A stretch of 64,000 bases of DNA from Candidatus Dormiibacterota bacterium (GCA_036833315.1 DAITPY010000003.1:2745-66744); one strand, 5' to 3'; positions 33,706-44,078 are shown, counted from the stretch's first letter. Made by a program: numbers and translations. Notes: a model not told the origin generated them from the letters alone.

Positions 33706-34420
33706 GCGCGGTCACCGTGATCGGTCCGTACGCATCGCGCTGCTCGACGGTGGCCTCGCCGCGCTTGAGCATCTCGAGGAGGGCGAGGAAGCACGCGACC
33801 GCCTCGAGGCGGCTGGCCACGCCCGCGAACACGTCTTCGAAGTCGAGTGGACCCCGGGCGAGTCGCTCTCGGAGCAATGCCACCTTGTCCTCGACGGAGT
33901 ACGTGACAGCGACCGGCAGCGGTTCGGCATCGCTGAGCCGCTCGAGCACCGCTCTGAATGCGGCGGCGAGGCGCTCGGGAGCGATGCGCAGCCGCTCGAC
34001 CGGGATCACCTCGGTCGAGACAAGACCCAGGAAGCTCCTCGCACCCTCGGTTGCCGCGTCGGCGAGGAGCGCCTCTGCAGCGGCCTTGAAGAGCCGGTAC
34101 TCGGCCAGCCGCCTGCCGGCGTCGGTGGAGGCGTCGTCCTCAGGTTCGACGATCGCGGTGACCTGGTCGGGCAGTACAGCGGCGGCCTTGAGCGCGACGA
34201 GCCTGGCCAGAAGCGCGAGCGCGTCGGCCACCGCCCGAAGGTCTCCGCTTCGCTCGGGGCTCTCCAGCGCGGACCTGGCTTCCGCGACGACGGCGCTCAC
34301 CGAGACCTCGGTGAGGTCGATGTCGCCTCGGTTCGCACGGGCAACCAGTTCCTCGAGGCTGCCATGGAATCCCGCGGCGTCAACGGTGATCGTGGCGGCG
34401 CCCGCGTCCTCCCGTTGCAT
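33698..34420 (-). CDS. scpA: Segregation and condensation protein A
   Basis: 240 aa, kleisin-like. Position upstream of scpB; N-terminal FHGSLEELVARANRGDIDLTEVSVSAVV. Confidence 0.8.
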   Translation of the reverse strand: MQREDAGAATITVDAAGFHGSLEELVARANRGDIDLTEVSVSAVVAEARSALESPERSGDLRAVADALALLARLVALKAAAVLPDQVTAIVEPEDDASTDAGRRLAEYRLFKAAAEALLADAATEGARSFLGLVSTEVIPVERLRIAPERLAAAFRAVLERLSDAEPLPVAVTYSVEDKVALLRERLARGPLDFEDVFAGVASRLEAVACFLALLEMLKRGEATVEQRDAYGPITVTARG

Positions 34421-34423
34421 CGG

Positions 34424-36154
34424 CTACATGGTACGGACGCCGGGGGCGCCCCGATCGCCGTGGCCTTCGTCGAGCAGCTCGGCGGCGCGGATCAACGCTG
34501 CCTCGGTGGTGCGGCCCGACATGAGCCTGGCGATCTCGCGCACCCGTTGGTCACCCACGACGGCGGCCGCGGTTGCGTCCACGCGGCCGGATCGATCGAG
34601 CTTGGTGATGGTGAGATGCGATCCCGCCCGGGCGGCGATCTCCGGACGGTGGGTGACCGCGATGACCTGACGTGTCCGCCCGATACGCGCCAGCACGTCT
34701 CCAACGCGCGCGGCGGTCTCGCCGCCGATACCGGTGTCGACCTCGTCGAGGACCAGCACCGGCGCTTCCTCCTCGCCGACGACCGCGCTCAGCGCCAGCG
34801 CGAGACGGCCGAGCTCCCCGCCGGACGGCCCCCCGTCGAGCGGCATCGGCACCGAATCGCGGTTGGGGGCGAGGCGGAAGTCGATCTCGTCCACTCCCGC
34901 AATGCCGCAGCGAGCCGGTGTCCCGTCGCCGGTGTCGACTCCGTCGACATCGAGTGTGCGACTGAGGACGACCCGGAAGCGGGCATGCGGGAGCTCGAGC
35001 GATCGGAGCTCGGTCGTGGCGGCGCGCTCGAGGCGGCGTGCCGCGCTTGATCGGGCCGCGCTCAACGCCGCTGCCGCCGCTCCCGCGTCCGCGCGTCGAC
35101 CTTCGACCGCTGATTCGAGCGTGGCGATCGCGCCGCCTTCCCCGTCGACGCCGGCCACCAGCGCCGTGGCGCGCTCGAGCTCTGCGAGTGCGGCATCCAG
35201 CGACCCATGGCGCCGGGTCACCCGGGTGAGCATATCGAGGCGCTCCTCGACGGCGGTCAGCCTCGCTTCGTCGACGGTGATCTCGTCCGCGTGCCGGCGC
35301 GCGTCGAGCGCGAGGTCGCGGAGGCGGTCGACCAGCTCGTCCGCGCTCTCGAGCAAGGCTCCCAAGCCGGGATCGACAGTCGCGAGGTCGGCGCCAGCGC
35401 CGATCGCCGAGGCCAGCGTGTCCGCCGCGGAGCGATCGTCTCCACCGCTCGCCTCGGCGATCGACATCGCGCAGCCGGCGATGCGCGCGGCGTGCCGGAG
35501 GCGGAGGCGCTCGGCCTGCAACTCGGCATCCTCGCCGGAGCGGAGGTCGAGGGCTCCGAGATCCTCGACCAGGTCGCGTGCCCGCTGCAGCTCGGCCGCG
35601 CCGGTGCTGGCAGCGCGATGCGCGGCGGAGAGCGCCTCAACCGCCCCTCGCCAGAGTCGAACCGCCTCGGCGGTGGCCGATCGGGCCGCTGAGAGGTCGT
35701 CGCCGCCGAAGGCGTCGAGCAGGTCGCGCTGCCACGCACGAAGGAGCATGCGGTGGCTCGTGCCCTGGGCGGTCACATCGACGAGGAGGTCGCCGAACTC
35801 GCGAAGGACCCCCTGGGACACCAGCGCGCCATCGACCCGGCAGGTAGTCCGCCCTGATGCCGGAAACTCTCGAGATAGCGTGATCATGTCGTCGTCGGCG
35901 ATGCCGAGCTCGGCGCGACGTGCTCGAAGCCGCGGGTTGGGTGCGTCGAATACGGCCGCGACCCGAGTCCCCGAGGTTCCGGCGCGCACCGCTTCGGGCT
36001 CGAGCCGACCACCGAGGGCAGCCCGCAGCGCGGCGACGCACATCGACTTGCCCGCGCCGGTCTCGCCGGTCAGGACACTGAAGCCGTCCTCGAAGGGCAG
36101 CCGAGCTTCCTCGATGACCGCCAGGTTGGTGATTCGCAGCTCACGAAGGGCCAC
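34424..36154 (-). CDS. recN: DNA repair protein RecN
   Basis: Trimmed to GTG 36154 (VALRELRITNLAVIEE...), with GGAGG about 5 nt upstream. Walker A LTGETGAGKS. 14-nt overlap with nadK. Confidence 0.9.
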   Translation of the reverse strand: MALRELRITNLAVIEEARLPFEDGFSVLTGETGAGKSMCVAALRAALGGRLEPEAVRAGTSGTRVAAVFDAPNPRLRARRAELGIADDDMITLSREFPASGRTTCRVDGALVSQGVLREFGDLLVDVTAQGTSHRMLLRAWQRDLLDAFGGDDLSAARSATAEAVRLWRGAVEALSAAHRAASTGAAELQRARDLVEDLGALDLRSGEDAELQAERLRLRHAARIAGCAMSIAEASGGDDRSAADTLASAIGAGADLATVDPGLGALLESADELVDRLRDLALDARRHADEITVDEARLTAVEERLDMLTRVTRRHGSLDAALAELERATALVAGVDGEGGAIATLESAVEGRRADAGAAAAALSAARSSAARRLERAATTELRSLELPHARFRVVLSRTLDVDGVDTGDGTPARCGIAGVDEIDFRLAPNRDSVPMPLDGGPSGGELGRLALALSAVVGEEEAPVLVLDEVDTGIGGETAARVGDVLARIGRTRQVIAVTHRPEIAARAGSHLTITKLDRSGRVDATAAAVVGDQRVREIARLMSGRTTEAALIRAAELLDEGHGDRGAPGVRTM

Positions 36155-37043
36155 TGGTCCCTCCGGGGGCTCGGCTTTCGCCGGCACCGGGCGCCTCATC
36201 GTCGACCGGTTCGAGGAGCAGGTCCTTGTGGGGGATCCCATAGCGGAACTTCTGGCGGAGCCGGGACTGGAACGATGGCGAATCCGCGAATCGCACGACC
36301 TGGAGCTCGGGCCCGGGCCGGACGAGGACGCTCTCACCGTCGCCGAGCCAGGCGATGGAACGCCCGTCCGCCGCCACGAAGACGCGGCCGCGTTCGATGG
36401 TCACCCGCACGTCGAGCAGCTCCGGAATGACCACCGGCCGGCTGATCACCGCGTGCGCTGCAAGAGGCACGACGACCACGGCCCTGACCCGTGGGTCCAC
36501 GGGCGGCCCGCCCGCGCTCAGGGCGTAGGCGGTCGATCCGGTGGCGGTCGCCACCACGATGCCGTCGGCGTCGAAAGCCCCGAGCAGATCACCGTCGACG
36601 TCGACACGAAGCCGAACGACATTGACGTCGCGGGCCCGGACCACGATCTCGTTGACGGCGAGGACGACGTCCTCGGCATCGCCAACGCTCGTCTCGAGCA
36701 GCGACCGGCGCTGGGTCGTGTAGTCGCCGGCGGCGAACCTGCTGATCGCCTCGGGCAGGGCGTCGACCTCGACGTCGTTGAGAAATCCAAGCCGGCCCCG
36801 ATTGACGCCGACCACCGGGATCCCGCGGGGCGCGGCCAGGCGGGCGCCATAGAGGAATGTCCCGTCCCCGCCGAGGGTCACCATCAGTGCGGTGGAGGCA
36901 CCGTGCTCGGCCATCGCCGCCTCGGGATCGTCGAGCGCGGTCCAGACCGCGAACCCGCATGCCTGAGCTCGAGCCACCGCGGCCTGGACCGTTGCGTGCT
37001 CGCCCGGGTGCAGCAGGAACCCAATGCTGCGCGGCGCGCTCAT
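36141..37043 (-). CDS. nadK: NAD kinase
   Basis: Trimmed to ATG 37043 (MSAPRSIGFLLHPG...). GGDGT motif TLGGDGTFLY. ATGA overlap with tlyA stop. Confidence 0.9.
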   Translation of the reverse strand: MSAPRSIGFLLHPGEHATVQAAVARAQACGFAVWTALDDPEAAMAEHGASTALMVTLGGDGTFLYGARLAAPRGIPVVGVNRGRLGFLNDVEVDALPEAISRFAAGDYTTQRRSLLETSVGDAEDVVLAVNEIVVRARDVNVVRLRVDVDGDLLGAFDADGIVVATATGSTAYALSAGGPPVDPRVRAVVVVPLAAHAVISRPVVIPELLDVRVTIERGRVFVAADGRSIAWLGDGESVLVRPGPELQVVRFADSPSFQSRLRQKFRYGIPHKDLLLEPVDDEAPGAGESRAPGGTSGPS

Positions 37044-37840
37044 GCCCTTGGTCCGGAGGGCGCCGCGGGGGCGCCCGGGAGGCGAGCCGCCACGAGCCAC
37101 TCGAGGTTGCCCTTGGCGCCGCGGACCGGGGAAGCCATCGGCGTCTGGGTGACCGCGCCGAAGACCGTCTCCAGCCAGGTGACGAAGCCCGCCGCAGCGG
37201 CCTCCGAGGCGACGGCGTCCCGAACGATCCCGCCCTTGCCGACGGCTTCGCGGCCGAGCTCGAACTGCGGCTTGAACAGGGCCACGAGATCAGCGCCGTC
37301 GGCGGAGATGAGACGGACCACCGCGGGGACGACCAGGCGCAGCGAGATGAATGAGAGGTCGAGCGTGACCAGGTCGGGTGCAGCTCCGGGGAGTGCATCC
37401 AGCGTGCGCAGGTTGGTGCGATCCATCACACAGACGCGGGGATCCACGGCCAGGCGGGGATCCAGCTGCCCGCGACCGACGTCCACCGCGTATACCAGTG
37501 CGGCGCCCCGGCTGAGGAGCACGTCGGTGAAGCCGCCGGTCGACGCCCCGGAGTCGAGGCAGACGCGGCCCTCGCAGGAGATGCCGAAGGCGTCCAGTGC
37601 GGGGGCGAGCTTGAGCCCTCCCCTGCTCGCCCAAGGATGGTCGCGGCCAAGCACCCGGATCGCGCTGGCGTCACCGACCCGCTGATCGGCGCTGATCGCT
37701 CGGGCGCCGTCCACCTCGACGAGGCCGGCCGCCACCAGCGCCTGGGCACGCTGGCGGCTCGGTGCCAGACGCCTGGCGACGAGCTCGAGATCGACCCTCC
37801 GGACCTCGGACACGGCTGTCATGGCTCCCATGTTTACCAC
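37040..37840 (-). CDS. tlyA: TlyA family rRNA (cytidine-2'-O)-methyltransferase, full length with S4 domain
   Basis: S4-like RRVDLELVARRLAPSRQRAQALVAAGLVEVDG plus CLDSGASTGGFTDVLLSRGAALVYAVDVGRGQL. Start among Met1/4/7 is uncertain. Confidence 0.85.
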   Translation of the reverse strand: MVNMGAMTAVSEVRRVDLELVARRLAPSRQRAQALVAAGLVEVDGARAISADQRVGDASAIRVLGRDHPWASRGGLKLAPALDAFGISCEGRVCLDSGASTGGFTDVLLSRGAALVYAVDVGRGQLDPRLAVDPRVCVMDRTNLRTLDALPGAAPDLVTLDLSFISLRLVVPAVVRLISADGADLVALFKPQFELGREAVGKGGIVRDAVASEAAAAGFVTWLETVFGAVTQTPMASPVRGAKGNLEWLVAARLPGAPAAPSGPRA

Positions 37841-37860
37841 AATTCTGTGTATTCGTGCCG

Positions 37861-38199
37861 TCAGAAAGGAACGTCGTCGGGATCGATCCGCGATGGCGCC
37901 GTCCGCGCGGGCGCGGACGCCACCGGAGCGGGACGCGCTGCAGCAGGTGCGCCGGCGGCTTCGAGCGGTCGCTCACCGATGCCGCCGTCGGCTCCGACGA
38001 CCAGCTGGTTGACACGCTGCTCGGTCCGCTCCAGGAGTGCGGCGCAATGCTGGGCGAGCAGCGTGCCGCGTTCAAAGGCGCCGATGGCCTCCTCCAGCGC
38101 GATGCTGCCTCCCTCGAGCTTGGTGATGAGCGTGTCGAGCTCGGCGAGCGCCGCCTCGTACGTCAGTCCAGTGATGTCGTCCTCCACCGTCGGGGTCAT
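37861..38199 (-). CDS. xseB: Exodeoxyribonuclease VII small subunit (with Ala/Pro-rich C-terminal tail)
   Basis: LTYEAALAELDTLITKLEGGSIALEEAI; downstream of xseA with a 4-nt overlap. Confidence 0.8.
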   Translation of the reverse strand: MTPTVEDDITGLTYEAALAELDTLITKLEGGSIALEEAIGAFERGTLLAQHCAALLERTEQRVNQLVVGADGGIGERPLEAAGAPAAARPAPVASAPARTAPSRIDPDDVPF

Positions 38200-39521
38200 G
38201 GCGAATCGGAATCGTGGTCGAGATCGTACATCTGTTCGCCGGCGCCTGCAGTCCCCGGATCGACGCGATCGACGGTGCTCTCGAGGGAGCCGCGCTGGAG
38301 CACGGTTCTCAGCCGAGTTCCAAGCGGAACTCGGGCGGCATCAGTCAGCACATGCCCGCCCTGGTCGGAGGTGATCGAGTAGCCGCGCTCGAGGGTTCGG
38401 CGGGGCGAAAGGGTGGTGAGGCGGGCCGACCGCGTGGCCAGGGCGGCCCGCCGAGCGACCGCGACCCGAACGGTCGCTGCATGGAGGCGCTCAGCCGCCC
38501 GACTGAGCCGCATCCGCTCGATCTCGACGCGTCGGGACGGGTGCGCGATCGCAAAGCGCGACGCCTGGTGGTCGAGTTCCCGGCGCTTGATCGACGCCTC
38601 CTGCATGAGCGCCTGGCGGAGGCGCAGCGACGCGATGCGCACGCGGCTTCGGCGCGCCTCGACGGCGCCGGCGATGGCAAGTCCGAGACGCGCGCTTCTC
38701 GCGGCAACATCCTCGCGCAGCACCGAGAGACTCGGAGCAACAAGTTCGGCCGCGGCAGACGGCGTCGCCCCGCGTCGATCCGCGGCGAGGTCAGCGACGG
38801 TGGTGTCGGTCTCATGCCCAACGCCGGTGACGACGGGGAGGCGTGTCGATCGGATCGCACGAGCGACCGCCTCGCTGTTGAAGGCCATGAGATCCTCGAG
38901 CGATCCGCCACCGCGGACCAGCAGGATCACGTCGGCATCGCGCACACGATCGGCGCGATGCAGCGCACGGACCAGGGTCTCCACGGCTCCCTCACCCTGC
39001 ACGGTCGCGGGCGAGAGCACCACGCCGATGCACGGCGCGCGTCGCGCGATCACGGTGCACACGTCGCGGAGCGCTGCGCCGCTGCGCGAGGTCACGACGA
39101 CCACACGCCGGGGCAGCACCGGGAGCCGGCGTTTCTTCCGATCGTCGAACAGCCCTTCGGCGCTGAGGCGTTGCTTGAGCTGCTCCACGCCGAGCGCGAG
39201 CGCGCCGACCCCGCTGGGCTCGAGGCGATCGACGTAGAGCTGGTATCTCCCCTGCTGCTCGTACAGCTGTATCGATCCGTGGGCGACCACCGTCATCCCG
39301 TCGTCGGGGCGAAACGGAATCTGCTGAGCGTTGGCGCGAAAGCACACGCACGCGATCGCTGAGCGCGCGTCCTTGAGCGTGAAGTAGAGATGCCCGGAGA
39401 CGTGTGCCTTGAGGTTGCTCACCTCACCTTCGACGAGCAGATCCTCGAGCTCCGGGCGCGCGGCGAGAGCATCGCGCACCATCGCCGTCAGGTCGCTCAC
39501 CGTGTATGCGGACGCGGTCAC
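38196..39521 (-). CDS. xseA: Exodeoxyribonuclease VII large subunit
   Basis: OB-fold N-terminus ...VSGHLYFTLKD...; 441 aa. Confidence 0.9.
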   Translation of the reverse strand: MTASAYTVSDLTAMVRDALAARPELEDLLVEGEVSNLKAHVSGHLYFTLKDARSAIACVCFRANAQQIPFRPDDGMTVVAHGSIQLYEQQGRYQLYVDRLEPSGVGALALGVEQLKQRLSAEGLFDDRKKRRLPVLPRRVVVVTSRSGAALRDVCTVIARRAPCIGVVLSPATVQGEGAVETLVRALHRADRVRDADVILLVRGGGSLEDLMAFNSEAVARAIRSTRLPVVTGVGHETDTTVADLAADRRGATPSAAAELVAPSLSVLREDVAARSARLGLAIAGAVEARRSRVRIASLRLRQALMQEASIKRRELDHQASRFAIAHPSRRVEIERMRLSRAAERLHAATVRVAVARRAALATRSARLTTLSPRRTLERGYSITSDQGGHVLTDAARVPLGTRLRTVLQRGSLESTVDRVDPGTAGAGEQMYDLDHDSDSP

Positions 39522-39943
39522 ACTCGCTCCCGTGCCACGTGGCCGAGAACACCGTTGATGAACTGGGCAGCCTCGTCTCCCGCATACGCTCTGGCCAGCT
39601 CGATGGACTCGTCGATGACCACCGCAATCGGCGTCGTCTCCATGTAGAGCAGCTCGAAGGTTCCGAGTCGGAGCACCGCGCGCTCAACCTTGCCCAGGTC
39701 GATGAGCGTCCAGTGCTCCATCGCAGCGACGATCGCGGTGTCGATCGCGTCCAGATGGTCGACGCATCCGACCACGATGGTGCGCGCGAACGCGACGACA
39801 TCGGCGGTGGCGCGCAGGTCGCCGCCCTGATAGCGCAGCGCGAAGTCAGGGTCCTTTGCGGTCCCCTCGATCTCGAAGAGCACCCGCAGCGCAAGCTCGC
39901 GACCGCGCCGCCGCCGGCCCGTGCTCGGGGCGGCAGGGGTCAC
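39518..39943 (-). CDS. nusB: Transcription antitermination factor NusB
   Basis: Trimmed to GTG 39943 (GTGA overlap with asp23 stop). RELALRVLFEIE...AAQFINGVLGHV. Confidence 0.9.
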   Translation of the reverse strand: MTPAAPSTGRRRRGRELALRVLFEIEGTAKDPDFALRYQGGDLRATADVVAFARTIVVGCVDHLDAIDTAIVAAMEHWTLIDLGKVERAVLRLGTFELLYMETTPIAVVIDESIELARAYAGDEAAQFINGVLGHVARERV

Positions 39944-40326
39944 GCGAAGGCGACCTCGCTGACGAAGACGTTGACCTCCTCGACGCGCAGCGCGAGCATC
40001 CGGTCGATGGCGTCGGCAACGCGCTGCTGGACCTCCGCCCCCACGACCGGCACGTTGCCACCTGATGCGATGACCACGTAGAGGCTCAGGTGCAGCGCGT
40101 CGTCGCGCATCTCCACGCGCACGCCCCGATGCGCATGCGACCGGCGCACGATCCGGTCGAAGTTCTGCCCGCTGGGGTGATACATCGCGTGGACCCCGGG
40201 AACCTGGAGCGCCGCGAACGCGGCGATCGACGCCACGACTTCGTTGGCGACCCGAGTGGTGCCGAGTTGCCTGCGCCCGTTGACCACGGGGCGGAGCTGC
40301 AGGCGATCCGGTTCGTCGCCGTCCAT
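39940..40326 (-). CDS. Asp23/Gls24 family envelope stress response protein
   Basis: VANEVVASIAAFAALQVPGV...VRVEMRDDALHLSLYVV. Confidence 0.8.
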   Translation of the reverse strand: MDGDEPDRLQLRPVVNGRRQLGTTRVANEVVASIAAFAALQVPGVHAMYHPSGQNFDRIVRRSHAHRGVRVEMRDDALHLSLYVVIASGGNVPVVGAEVQQRVADAIDRMLALRVEEVNVFVSEVAFA

Positions 40327-40883
40327 CAGGCCCGCTCCAGGTATCGGCCCGTGCGTGTGTCAACCCGGATCATGTCGCCCTGGTTGACGAACAGGGGGAC
40401 GTCGACCGCGAGCCCGGTCTCGACCACGGCGGGCTTGAACGATGCGTTGGCGGTGTCACCTTTGAATCCGGGCTCGCTCTCGGTGACCTGGAGCACCACC
40501 GAGGTGGGCAGATCGACGCCGAGCACGCGGTCATCGAAGCGCAGCAGGAACAGCGAGTCGTTCTCCTTGAGGTAGTCGATGCCGCTGCCGAGCTGCTCGG
40601 GGCTGAGCGTGATCTGATCGAAGGTGGTGTTGTCCATCACCACATAATTCTCGCCGTCCTTGTAGAGGAGTTGCGCTTCAGTGCGCTCGATGCGGACGCG
40701 GCCGAACTTCTCCTCGGGTCGAAATGTCGCGTCGGTGACCGCCCCAGTGGTGACGTTGCGCAACTTGGCGCGGATCACCGCGGTGCCGCGCCCCTGCTTC
40801 ATGTGTGAGAAGTCGAGCACCTCGAAGAGGTCGCCGTCGCGTTCGACTGTCGCGCCGGGGCGCAGGTCGGAGGCGGTGATCAT
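40326..40883 (-). CDS. efp: Elongation factor P
   Basis: MITASDLRPGATVERDGDLFEVLDFSHMKQGRG...; 185 aa. Confidence 0.95.
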   Translation of the reverse strand: MITASDLRPGATVERDGDLFEVLDFSHMKQGRGTAVIRAKLRNVTTGAVTDATFRPEEKFGRVRIERTEAQLLYKDGENYVVMDNTTFDQITLSPEQLGSGIDYLKENDSLFLLRFDDRVLGVDLPTSVVLQVTESEPGFKGDTANASFKPAVVETGLAVDVPLFVNQGDMIRVDTRTGRYLERA

Positions 40884-41341
40884 GCGGTGCTCCCAATGTC
40901 CGGCTGGTCCTCGATCAGCTTAGCCAGTCCTTCGACAGCGAGGACGTAGCCGTAGAGCCCGAGACCTGAGATCACTGCCACCGCAGCCTCTGCCGAGAGC
41001 GACACACGGCGGAAGGGCTCGCGGGCCAGGATATTCGAGAGGTGGACCTCGACGACCGGTCCGCCGAAGCCTCGAAGCGCATCGGCGAGGACGACGCTGG
41101 TGTGCGTCAGCCCGCCGGGGTTGACGATGCACCCTGCGCTCTGTCCGCGCTCCGCCTCGAGCAGGTCGACCATCGCGCCCTCGTGATTGGTCTGCTCGCA
41201 GCGCACCTCGAGCCCCAGCGATGCGGCGCGGTCCCGAACCGCGGCATCGATCTCCGCGAGGGTGACCGAGCCGTAAACCTCCGGCTCGCGCTCGCCGAGG
41301 CTCGCGAGGTTGGGACCGTTGAGCAGGAGGATCCTGGTCAT
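40880..41341 (-). CDS. aroQ: 3-dehydroquinate dehydratase, type II
   Basis: ILLLNGPNLASLGEREPEVYG...HLSNILAREPFR. Confidence 0.9.
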   Translation of the reverse strand: MTRILLLNGPNLASLGEREPEVYGSVTLAEIDAAVRDRAASLGLEVRCEQTNHEGAMVDLLEAERGQSAGCIVNPGGLTHTSVVLADALRGFGGPVVEVHLSNILAREPFRRVSLSAEAAVAVISGLGLYGYVLAVEGLAKLIEDQPDIGSTA

Positions 41342-42918
41342 CGCGCCAGCACGGCGTGCAGTGCGTCGCGCACCTCAGGTTCTGGCACATGCTGGCCAGA
41401 ACGCGGATGGCCTCTGGAGTCGAGCAGGACCCACCCCAGCCGGTCTCCGACCATCTTCTTGTCGGCGCGCATGTGCTCGAGCACGCGCTCTGGTTCAAAC
41501 ACCAGCGACGTGCCGAGTCCGCATCGGATGATCATCTCATCCTGCCAGTCGATGTCCTCAACCGGGCAGCCGAGCTCGCGGATGCTGAGGCGGCCGGCGG
41601 CGCTCATCCCGACCGCCACCGCCTCGCCATGCAGGAGGCGCTCGCCGAATCCCGCCGCCGCTTCGAGCGCGTGTCCGACCGTGTGACCGTAGTTGAGCAC
41701 CGCACGCTCTCCGCGGTCGCGCTCATCGAAGGCGACGACCCGTGCCTTGATCGCGCAGCACTCGCGCACCACGTCGGCGAGAGCCTGCGGATCGCGGCTG
41801 AGCAGGCGGTCGAGACGCGCATCGAGATCTGCGCTCAGGCGGGTTTCAGCGATCATCGAATACTTGACGATCTCTGCGAACGCGGAACGGAACGAGCGAT
41901 CGTCCTGGGTGCCGAGCAGGTTCGGATCGCAGATCACCGCATGCGGCTGCCATATGGCGCCGGCCTGGTTCTTGCCGCGGGCGAGGTTCACGCCGGTCTT
42001 GCCGCCGAGCGCGCTGTCGACCATCGCGAGGAGTGTGGTCGGCACGTTGATCCAGGCGACGCCGCGCAGGTAGGTGGCGGCTGCGAAGCCGGCAAGGTCT
42101 CCCACCGTCCCACCACCCAGAGCGATCACGCAGTCGTTGCGCTGCAGGGCCGCCGTCCCCAGTCGCGCCAGCAGACGACCTGCGGCCGTCCAGGTCTTGA
42201 TGGGTTCGCCGCCGGAGACAGGCAGCAGGGTCGTGGAGATGCCGGCGCTGCGCAGTGCGGCGACCAGCCGGCTCGTGGCCGCTCCGACGGCGCGGTCCGC
42301 CACCAGCGCCACCCGCTTTGCGCCCGCAGGGATATGGAGGACCACGTCATCGATGGCACCGGGCCGCACCTCGACGCAGTAGGAGCGGCCGCTGACGTCG
42401 ACGGTCACCGCTCCGTCGAGCGCGGCGGCAATCCGCGATGCGACCGCCTCCGGCTGGTCGTCCGAGCTGACCTGCAGATGCGCGGCGTGATGCGCAGCGG
42501 CGCGCTCTGCGCGCAGCCGCGGCAGGACGGTCGCGGCCGATCCCTCGAGCAGCGGTCTGGTTGCGACGTCACCGAGCCGTTCCACGAGCACCGCATCCGG
42601 GGCGTCGAGCCATACCACCGCGCACGCATCGGTGAGGGTTCTCTGTGCCGCCGCCTGGGTGATCACCCCGCCGCCGCAGGCGATGACCACCGGACCGGCG
42701 CGTTGCAGGACCGACTGGAGCGCGGCCAGCTCGACCTGCCGGAAGAAGGCCTCGCCGTCGCCGGCGATGATCGCGGCCGGAGAACGACCGGAGACCGCGG
42801 CGACCTCATCGTCGAGATCGACGCTGCTCCAGCCGAGGCGTTCGGCGAGCAGCGGAGCGACGGTGGTCTTGCCCGATCCCGGCAGTCCCACCAGGGCGAT
42901 GCGCTGGATCGTGCTCAT
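41338..42918 (-). CDS. aroKB: Bifunctional shikimate kinase / 3-dehydroquinate synthase (fusion)
   Basis: Trimmed to ATG 42918 (ATGA overlap with aroC stop). N-terminal P-loop LVGLPGSGKTT (AroK); C-terminal AroB with LNYGHTVGHALE. Confidence 0.9.
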   Translation of the reverse strand: MSTIQRIALVGLPGSGKTTVAPLLAERLGWSSVDLDDEVAAVSGRSPAAIIAGDGEAFFRQVELAALQSVLQRAGPVVIACGGGVITQAAAQRTLTDACAVVWLDAPDAVLVERLGDVATRPLLEGSAATVLPRLRAERAAAHHAAHLQVSSDDQPEAVASRIAAALDGAVTVDVSGRSYCVEVRPGAIDDVVLHIPAGAKRVALVADRAVGAATSRLVAALRSAGISTTLLPVSGGEPIKTWTAAGRLLARLGTAALQRNDCVIALGGGTVGDLAGFAAATYLRGVAWINVPTTLLAMVDSALGGKTGVNLARGKNQAGAIWQPHAVICDPNLLGTQDDRSFRSAFAEIVKYSMIAETRLSADLDARLDRLLSRDPQALADVVRECCAIKARVVAFDERDRGERAVLNYGHTVGHALEAAAGFGERLLHGEAVAVGMSAAGRLSIRELGCPVEDIDWQDEMIIRCGLGTSLVFEPERVLEHMRADKKMVGDRLGWVLLDSRGHPRSGQHVPEPEVRDALHAVLAR

Positions 42919-44078
42919 CGCAGGCGGCGCACCGCGCGCCGGTGGGCGGCCGCGGCGCGGCGCACCTCCGCAAGCGTGTCGCCGCCGAATTTCTCCACCG
43001 CGGCGGCCGCGAGCACCCACGCGAGCATCGCCTCGGCCACCACCGCGCCCGCCGGCACCACGCAGATATCGCTGCGCTCGTAGTGGGCGTTGATCTCCTT
43101 CCCACTGCTGATGTCAACGCTGCGCAAGGGGTGCAGCAGAGTCGATATCGGCTTGAAATGGACGAGCGTCCAGACCGGTTCGCCGTCGCTCATGCCTCCG
43201 GCGAGACCGCCCTGCCGGTTGGTCAGATGGTGAAAGCCATGCTTTGCGTCCCAGCGCGGCTCGTCGTGCACCGCCGATCCCGGCGACTGCGAAGCGATCA
43301 CAGCGGCACCCAGCTCGACGCCCTTCACCGAGGGGATGCTGCACATGACCTGGGCGATGAGCCCGTCGAGGCGCCGGTCCCACTGCACATAGCTGCCAAG
43401 TCCGGCAGGTACGTTGGAGGCGACGACGTATGCGGTGCCACCGAGGGTGTCGCCCTCCTCCCTGGCCTTGTCGATGGCGGCGACCATGCGCGCCGCCGCG
43501 TCGGGGTCGGCGCAGCGGACCGGAGAGCGTTCGACTGCATCCCAGCGGGCCCCGTCGTTCGGCAGCGGCGCGTCCACGCTCCCGATCCGGACCACAGACG
43601 AATGGATCGCAACGCCGACGGCGTCGAGCAGAGTTCGTGCCACCGCGCCCGCGGCGACCCTGGCGGCGGTCTCCCTGGCGCTGGCCCGCTCGAGGACATC
43701 GCGGGCATCGCTGAACCCGAACTTCAGGACCCCGGCCAGATCCGCGTGACCCGGGCGCACTCGGGTGACGCGCTTGGACTTGAAGCCCGCCGCCTCGATC
43801 TGCATCGGGCCCCGCCAGTTCTCCCAGTCGCGATTGTCGATGACCAGGGTCACCGGGGAACCCAGGGTCTTGCCGCCGCGGACTCCACTCACGATGCGCG
43901 CCATGTCGTGCTCGATCTGCTGGCGCTTGCCCCGGCCGTGGCCGCCCTGGCGCCGTCTGAGGTCGGGGTCGATATCGCGCTCGGCGTCGAGCGGCAACCC
44001 CGCCGGGACGCCCTCGACGATGACGGTGAGCTGCGGACCGTGGGACTCGCCGGCGGTCAGAAAACGAAGCATCTGCAA
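42915..44078 (-). CDS. aroC: Chorismate synthase
   Basis: MQMLRFLTAGESHGPQL...; 387 aa. Confidence 0.95.
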   Translation of the reverse strand: MQMLRFLTAGESHGPQLTVIVEGVPAGLPLDAERDIDPDLRRRQGGHGRGKRQQIEHDMARIVSGVRGGKTLGSPVTLVIDNRDWENWRGPMQIEAAGFKSKRVTRVRPGHADLAGVLKFGFSDARDVLERASARETAARVAAGAVARTLLDAVGVAIHSSVVRIGSVDAPLPNDGARWDAVERSPVRCADPDAAARMVAAIDKAREEGDTLGGTAYVVASNVPAGLGSYVQWDRRLDGLIAQVMCSIPSVKGVELGAAVIASQSPGSAVHDEPRWDAKHGFHHLTNRQGGLAGGMSDGEPVWTLVHFKPISTLLHPLRSVDISSGKEINAHYERSDICVVPAGAVVAEAMLAWVLAAAAVEKFGGDTLAEVRRAAAAHRRAVRRLR

